Sequence record: KJ019103.1
Strand: one strand, 5' to 3'
DNA: 64,000 nt
In this document: positions 1 to 9,000 of the stretch, piece after piece
Layout of the letters: each line of letters starts with the position of its first letter
Numbering within the stretch: position 1 is the stretch's first letter
The notes under the pieces: generated by a model
What the model was told of the DNA's origin: nothing
Databases searched by the model: none
What the model saw: only the letters and a program-made list of their open reading frames with translations
Made by a program: the position numbers and the translations under genes

Positions 1-1
1 G

Positions 2-3000
2 GTTGCTATTCCAGTCAGTGGTAACCCTATAACCCTCAAGGGTAAGACAGTGTATCAGAGTGATGCAGAGGACGTGTTTGGTGCCATCTCAGAGATTGAG
101 ACATTTACTAGAGATAACAAATTATATTACAGAATCTACTTCTTTGTTAGTAATGATGAAATTGCTAATGAGAGAAAACTATTCACTATCCCTGGTAGAT
201 CAAGAACACAGAGAGGATGGAATCAGGGTGACACTACAATCACTGTAGATACTACTCTTGGGTTTAGGGATAACAATGAGTTTATCACTGAAGATGGAAC
301 TAAGTTTACATACTTGGAGAGAACTGTTAATCAGTTCCTAGGTGTTGAATGTAGTGATACAGAGAAAACACTAGGTACTAATGAAGATATCATTGATGAT
401 ATTACTATCTTTGGTATTAATGATGATGGTGAGACTGTCTCACTACGTATGACTGGTGTTATCTCTGATATTGAGTTCCCCGATGAAGTCCCATTCACTA
501 CACCTGGGGAGAAGATATCTGTAGATACCTTAGGTGAGAATATCATCTCTGCTGATGTAACTAGAAGTGAGCCTACACAGAGACAGATCATTGCTAATAG
601 TTTCATCTATAACACTTCAGTAAGAATGGAAGTAGATGAACTCAATGGTTCTGATTTCCAAATCAATACTGCCTACTTAGATAAAGCTTTCATTTCTCCT
701 GGTGACTCTGTTGATATTCTCCAAAGAGGCTCGCAGCTTGTCTATGTCGCTAATCGCAAAGTAACCTCAGTTGACTATCTCAATAGTATTATAACAATCA
801 ATGACTCATTTGGCATCCCTTTAGATCAATCACTTGATATCAGAAGGAATCAGAACTATGCAAAGAGTAGCACTACAGATATTGAGTATGGTCAGAACTC
901 TGTTCTATCCAATGTTCTGAACCTTTATGATGCAACAGAGTTTGATGGTAACTTCTATGTTGCAACTAACTCCCTACCTTCCTATGATATGGAAGTTAAA
1001 GTTGTTGAGAGTATCCTCACTGGAATCACTACTTCTAACTTTGAAGGATATAACTCATTCACTGATCAGTATTCAACAATTATCTTTGATTCTGCCACTT
1101 CATTCATAACTGGTGATCTAATTTCATATAGAGTTATCTCAGTAGAAAGAACAGGTATTCCCCTTATCACTGAAGGTGAATACTTTGTAGAGGTTCTCAG
1201 CAACCCCAGAAAGATTAAACTATATGTATCACCTTCCTTCATTGGAAGTGATAACTTTGTTGGATTCGTATATAACGATGCAGTAGGTGCTCATGCCTTC
1301 ACTCTAGAGGAACAGAAAGATAGAAGAATCAATACTAAGAATGTATTCAAGAAGATTCCCTTCACAGCAACCAAACAGAATATCACTATCCCTAGAACAC
1401 CCGATGTAACCCCCTCAGGTTCCCCTGTGGCAGTTCTTACTAATGGTGTAGAGGTATTGTCATATAAGTCACCAGATAAGGTGTTCTTGGGTCCTTTAGA
1501 AGAAGTTGTTCCTGTTGCTTCTGGTGAGGGTTATAGTGTTATTGGACCACCCAATATCCTAATCACACCACCTAATATTCAAGTTACAGATCCAACTGGT
1601 ATTCCTACTGATGGTGGTGTTGCTAGAGTATCACCAGTTATCTCTGGTAGGTTGAAGAAGATCTATATCGATCCACAAGACTTTGATATTGAGGAAGTAT
1701 TCTCAATCACTGTTGTTGGTGGTAACAGTCGTGGTGCCACAGCAAAACCACAGATTTCTAAGAGAACTCGTTCTATCCCCTTTGATACGAGACTTGATAT
1801 CTACGGTGGTGGTATTAATCCAAATGAAGAGACCATCCTATTCTTAACTGAACACAAACTCGCCAAGGGTGATGCAATTATCTACGAAAACAACGATACA
1901 CAAAGTATTGGTGTTAATGTTGCTGGTGGTAGTAACATCTATAATGGCCAGACACTATCTAACGGTGCTGTGTATTTTGCAGAACCCCTTAATAATGTAA
2001 CCATTAAGATCTATGAGACTCTAGAAGATTTGAACTTGGGTATCAATACCGTTGGGTTCACTTCAAGTCAAACTGGGTTTGGTGTTCAGGACTTTACTAC
2101 TATTCCTAGAAACCAACTCACTGGTGCTTCCATCACAGATGATGGTGGTGAGTTTGTATATCGTAAGATGGAGTTCCAACCAGAGAACATCTATCCTGAG
2201 TATGATGAGTTGAGATACGACGGTCATGGTTTTGCTAGTGGTGATCTAGTTGAGTATGGAACTTTCGGTTCTGTTGTTGGTGGTCTATCTACTGAGAAGC
2301 AATACTATGTTGATGCTTTAGATGAAAATATCATCAAACTATCTGATGCCGGTATTGGTGGAACAAGTAGGTTTGACTATGATAGGAAGGACTATGTTGA
2401 TTTCACCAACATTGGTGTTGGAACACAGTTTATCAAGTATCCTGATGTCACTGTCAATGTTGTAGTATCCTATGCCTCGTCTATCACTGGTATCATTACA
2501 GCAACACCTATTATCCGCGGTGGTATTATTCAAACTTATGTTGAGACTGGAGGATACTATGGTTCTGATATTCTCAACTTCGCCAAGACACCAGAAGTAA
2601 CAGTTCAGACTGGTGAAGGTGCTAGAATCAAACCAGTTATTGTTAATGGTAAGGTTACCACAGTTCAGATTCTAAGTAAGGGTATCAACTACCCACCCAC
2701 ACCAGATCTTCGTGTTATTGATAAGTCTCGTAAAGGTGCTGGTGCTCTTCTTCGCCCAGTAGTTATTGATGGTGCTATCCAGAGTGTTGTTGTTATTAGC
2801 ACTGGTGAAAACTATGATCCATTGAATACTGATATTACAGTAATTGATACTGCTAGACGATGTATTCTTGTTCCTAGAATTACACCTCTCACAGTTAATA
2901 CCTTTGCTAGATTTGGATTCGAAGGTCTATCTAATAATGACTACTCGGTTGTTGCCTATGACAGAAAGATTCGTGAGGATGTATATGGTGACCTAGGTGC

Positions 3001-6000
3001 TTCCCACTCACCCATCATTGGTTGGGCAAACGATGGTAACCCCATCTATGGTGGTTTTGGTTTCGATGATCCAGAGAACTCCAGTTCTGGTTTCCGGGCG
3101 ATGAGAACTTCCTATGAACTCTTCCCTGGTGAGATCTATGGTCGTCCCCCACTAACACTATATCCTGCTGGTTCTTTTGTTGAGGACTACAAGTTTACAG
3201 ATAATGGTGATCTAGACATCTATAATGGTAGGTATGGTAGAACTCCTGAGTACCCTAATGGTGTGTATGCATACTTCGCTGGTATCTCCACTGATACTCA
3301 GTCACTAGCAAGAGAACCACAATTCCCTTACTTCATTGGTCCTGAGTTTAGGGATGGATTGGGTATTCAAGATAATACTGTATCCCAAGATTTTGATATT
3401 AATAATAAGGATATTTTCCGTAATACTTTCCCATATGCCGTAGGTAACCCTATTATCGGCAGTGAGTTCCTAGATCAATCATACTTAGAGGATACTCAGG
3501 ATTCTATTATACAATCTATCAATAATGGTACTGTTGATAACTTAACCATCGTTGGTGCTGGTGTTAGTTACTCTGTTGGTGATATTGTTAATTTTGATGA
3601 TACTTTCGACTACATTAGTGTAGTTGTAGATCAGGTAGATGGTCCCGAGGTAACACAGATTCAAACTCTCATCAAGAGTTATGGTAAAGCAGAAACCAAA
3701 GTCATTAAAGTTGATAACACAACTGTTCGTGTTTATGTTGATCCCTTCCACGAGTATCTTGATGGAGATAAAGTTGTAATTAGTGGTCTATCAACAAACA
3801 CAGATCAACTCAACGGGACTCATGAGATTAACTTCATGAGGGAGCAAATGACAATGTTTGCTCCTATTCCTCCTACTTTGTTTGAGACAGTATCTGATAT
3901 CTTTGTCAATACTATTTCAGATAAGGTTTCTGTTGGTTCTAGTATTACTGTTGGTCTTGGCACTCTATCGGAGGATATGGAAGTTATCAACATCTTCCCT
4001 ATTAATAAGGCACTTCGGGTTAAGAGACCAGTAGGTTATGGTTTCACACACCCAATTGGTGATGCTGTTAACATTGCTCCTAATTACTTTGATATTAAGA
4101 AGAATGTAGATTCATTCCCGTCTGAGATTGATGTTGAGTACTACTTCAACCCACACCAAACAGTGGCAGTTGGATTGGAGACTGGTGTAAGTGTTGGTTT
4201 GGTGTATTCAATTGGTACTATCGATAAGAATATCTCAGTACAGACTCAAAGAATATATGCACCATCCCATGGTTTCAGAACTGGTGAGGAGATTACTTTT
4301 GAGAAGAATGATACTGATACTGCATTAGTTGTAACAGACGGTAGTACTGTATATACACTACCTGGTGTAGGTAATACAAGTAACGCATATGTTGTATCAC
4401 TATCCAAGAACTATATTGGTATTAGAACAGTAACAGATGGTCCTGATCTATTCTTCTCTACTGATGGTTCCGATTCTCCTCTATATTCTATTAAGACTAA
4501 TCGTTTCGCTGAGACTGCATTAGTAGATAGAATTCAGGCAGAAGTTAAAACGAAAACGGATCATAGGTTGGGGAATGACGATCAGATATTTACTGATGTT
4601 ATTTCTTCTGGAAAATCAGGTGTAGGTACTAACCCCAACATCAAACTTGAGTTCGATGATTCATCACAATCACTTATTGTAGATCCATACTTCACACAAC
4701 CTAGTGATATTGATACGGTTAATAACCTAATTAATATCAATAACCACGGTTATACTAATGGGGATATTGTTCTATATCAAAACTATGGAAGTTCTATTGG
4801 TGGTTTAACAACTCATCACAAATATTACACTATTCCCTTTGATAGGGATAAGTTCTATGTTGCTGAAACATTTGTTGATGTAAGACCCGGAACTAAACTA
4901 CCTGTGAATCTAACTTCTGTTGGTATTGGTTCCCATAAGTTCTCCAAGGTCAATCCACCACTACTCATCACTAATAATAATGATATTGAGTTTGATGTGT
5001 CATCACCAACTCTATTTGGTAAAACACTAGAATTCTTCTTTGATCGGACTCTAACTGAAATATTTGATAATAACAGTATAGACAATGTATTTGTTGTTTC
5101 TGGTGTATCTACTGAGGGATACGAGGATGCTAGGAAGTCTATTAGATACTCTGATAACAATCCAGATGTATTCTTCTATGGTATTACTGAAGGTGGTTAT
5201 ATTTCCACTGCAGATACTGAAGTATCTAGAAACAACTCTATTAGATATGAGGCAAGTGAGTACGCAATTGAAGGTAGAGTAACCGTTATAGACGATAGCA
5301 CCTTTACCTATACACTCAATACTATTCCCGAGAAGCCACTATACACTAATCCTGATACACAACTCTCATACAAGACTTCCTCTAGTACTGCTCTAGGTGG
5401 TGTTGGTAGATTGAATATCATCTTCAGTGGTAATAACTTCCCAGCTCTACCTGAGTTTGAGGGTATTCAAACTGAGTATGGGCAGAACGCAACTATCAGA
5501 GCAGAGTCTGATGATATTGGAACACTTGCTTCCTTCAGAATCCAGAACGCTGGTTGGGATTACTCCGCTGATAATACACTTCGCCCCTTTGGTGTTATTC
5601 AACCAACCATTAGATTTGATAATAGTGACTTTGTTACTGAGGTTACTGTTCTTGATGGTGGTAATGGATATCAGAACCCCCCTAATGCTGTTCTAGTAGA
5701 CTCTGTAACAAGAGAAGTAGTAGATAATGGATCTATCATCCTAGAGGTACAATCATCCACCATCACAGATGTTATTGTTGAGGTTGCTCCTTCTGGTTTA
5801 TCCAAGGATCTCCAAGAACTATGGACTGTCAATAATAGTAATGGTATTCCTATCCTACTAATTGGTAACATTGATAATGTTGCTGGTGTAGTTACATATA
5901 CAGTACAGACTCCTATTGAGGGTTATGCAACACCACCATTCTCAGTTGGTGATAGAGTATTTGTTGAGAATATTCTAGTAGATCAAGATGCTCCCCCCTC

Positions 6001-9000
6001 TAAACTCAATTCTGGTGATTATGGGTATCAGTTCTTGGAAGTTGTTGCCGTAACACCAACAAACCCAATCACTATTGGTATTCAGTATCCTGAAGAAGCT
6101 ATTGGTAACCTAGGTTATGGTGTTACTTTCCAACAGGCTTTCTCTGGTATTGTTAACGAGGATATCTATCCTAAGTTTGCAGTACAACAGACAACTGCAG
6201 TCTTCCTAGAGGGTGAGAGACTTTCTATCTTTGATTCCTTTGGTAATCTTGATGAGACTGACCTAGTTGTGGAAGAGTCCAACACTAGTTTCTTTAAAGT
6301 TACTGGAAACTATGATTTATTGGTTGGTGATGTACTCAAGGGTAACAATAGTGGTGTTATTTTAACTGTTACTGAAATTGACAGTAGTAGTTGTAGATAT
6401 CTAGTTGATTCTATCTCCAGAATCAACACTGGTTGGAACGATAAGACAGGTTTCCTTAATGAGGAGACACAGAACCTACCAGATAACGATTACTATCAGA
6501 ATCTATCTTACTCAATTAAGAGTACAATTAACTTCGAGGAACTTATCAACCCAGTCAATAGATTAGTACACCCTTCCGGTCTAAAGAACTTCTCTGATAC
6601 CAAGATTGAGTCTATCGGTGATATTGGTGTTGGTAGTAGTGAGAGCTCTGAGTCAACAGTTACTATTGACTTTATTGGTCTAACTGATATAGCAGAAACT
6701 CCACTGAGAGTTGATCGCATCAATGTATTCGACTTGGGTTGGGATGCCAATGTCAATAACAACAGATCTAACGCCATTAGACTTCAGAGTAGAACTCCTA
6801 ACAAGAGACTAACTGACTATATCGAAGTTCGTACTAACAGAGTATTGATGCATGACGACATCAGTAACGAGTTTATTGACTCAGATAATGCCTCTTCCAA
6901 GTCCCCCTATAGTGAGTTCAATATTATCACTGGTGAATATACCAGAGGATTGGTTCAGGCAAGAAATCCCTTCACTGATCAAGTTCAATTCACTGAGATT
7001 ATTGTTTTATCAGTTGATAACAGTGCCTTCACTTTACAGAAGGCGAGTATCTCTGATAATGATCTTGGTTATGGTATCTTTGAGGGTAGATCTTTAGCTA
7101 GTAGTGAATATCAAATGAGATTCACTCCCTTCAACACAGATGATTTTGATATTGACCTAAAACTACTATCCCATAAGTTTATCTTTAGTGGTGAGTCAGC
7201 TGAAGAGATTGGATATGTAAACCTAGCCGGTAATACACTATCTACACCAGACGCTGCTAGTACTCAAATATATGGAGCTAGTAATAGTAATAATAGAGCA
7301 GTTGTTGTTCACGCAAATATTACCACAATTGATGGTCTTCTTTATTACTATGAGATATATGCTTTTACTGATGGTACTGATGTATACTATGCACCTTATG
7401 GTTATAGTAGTGATGTACTAAAGGGTTTCAATAGTGAGTTGGATGGTGATTTTAACGCCACACTACAAGGTGGTAAGTTGGCAATCTACTTCACTAATAA
7501 TACTGGTGGTCCAGTTAGTATCACCACCAAGTCTATTGAGTTCAAGCAGTCTTTCAGTGGAACATCACCTTATAGATTTAAGAAAAATAATGTTCCTGAT
7601 ACTGAAGAAAGAAGTATTATTCTAGACTCAGTATCCACTGCGGGTGTTAGTACACAAACCACTGAGGTATTCAGATACGACACCACTCTATTCCAGAGTG
7701 TTAGATCTATCGTTCATATCTCTGGTACGGATGTTGGTGCCATTCATCAGGTAATGACTATCAATAGTGATGGTTCTACTTATTGTGAAGTGTATCCTTT
7801 CATTACTGAGGGTGATGAGGTAGATTCTACTTCTGGTATTGGTACCTTTGGTTCATCAATTGATGGAACTGATATGGTTCTAACTTTCTATCCAGATGCA
7901 GCTATTGGAAGTCAGGCACTAACTCTCACCTCCTATAACGAAACATTCTATAGAGAATTGGATGAAGTTAACTACACATTCGGTAGACCATTAGTTTATT
8001 CTGAGAGTGAGGAGAACTACTACCTAGAGAGGTATATTGCTCCTCTAGGTTTGAGAAACAACCTACTTAGATTCCCTCTGACATACGAAGGTATTCCCAT
8101 CTATGAGAAGGCATTTGATCCAGCAACTACAATTAGCATAAACAACGGTAATTTGACATTGTTCAACATTACTGAGCACTTCTTTAGTCCAGCTGAAGAA
8201 CTATATTACCTACCAGATACAACTTTAGCTAACAACCTCAAATCTCCTATCGAGATTCAACCAGTTGTTGATTATAGAGGTATAACAACTTCTACAATGC
8301 CTGACAGAGTGTATGCCATCAAGAGGGATCTAAATGTATTCCAACTAGCACCAACTGCATCTGATGCACTTGCTGGTCAAGCAATTGTTATCACTGGGTT
8401 TGGTACTGGTATTTCCCATAGATTGGGTATGATGAAGAAGCTAGAGAAGACTATCATTACCATTGATGGTGTTATCCAGTCTCCTATTACTAGCGCACTC
8501 AAAACATTCAATCTAGATGCACCACTAGGTTTTGATGACGAATATGCAGTTCTAACTGGTATTGGTACTATTCGTGTTGGTGATCTATTTCTAATTGATG
8601 AGGAGTACTTAAAGATTGATAATGTTGGATTATCTACATCACAGACTGGTCCTATTAGTAATACTGGTACTATTCCTCTAATTGAAATTAGTAGAGGTGT
8701 TGTTGGTTCTTCCGCAACTAGTCATACTAGTGGTTCTGATCTCGATCTATACAGAGGTAGCTTCAATATTGTTGAGAGTGACGTTGTATTCACCGAAGCA
8801 CCTGCTGGTAGGGGTGAGATTAATATCAATGAGTCCAACCTAGTACAGGTTAACTCATCATTCCAAGGTAGAACATTCCTACAGAGAGAGTATGATCAGA
8901 TTGCACTATTTGATGATATCAGTGATTTGTTCAATGGTTCAGATTATGAGTTCAACATTACTTCCGCTGGTAGTACTATTGGTGAGATTGAGAATGGTTC

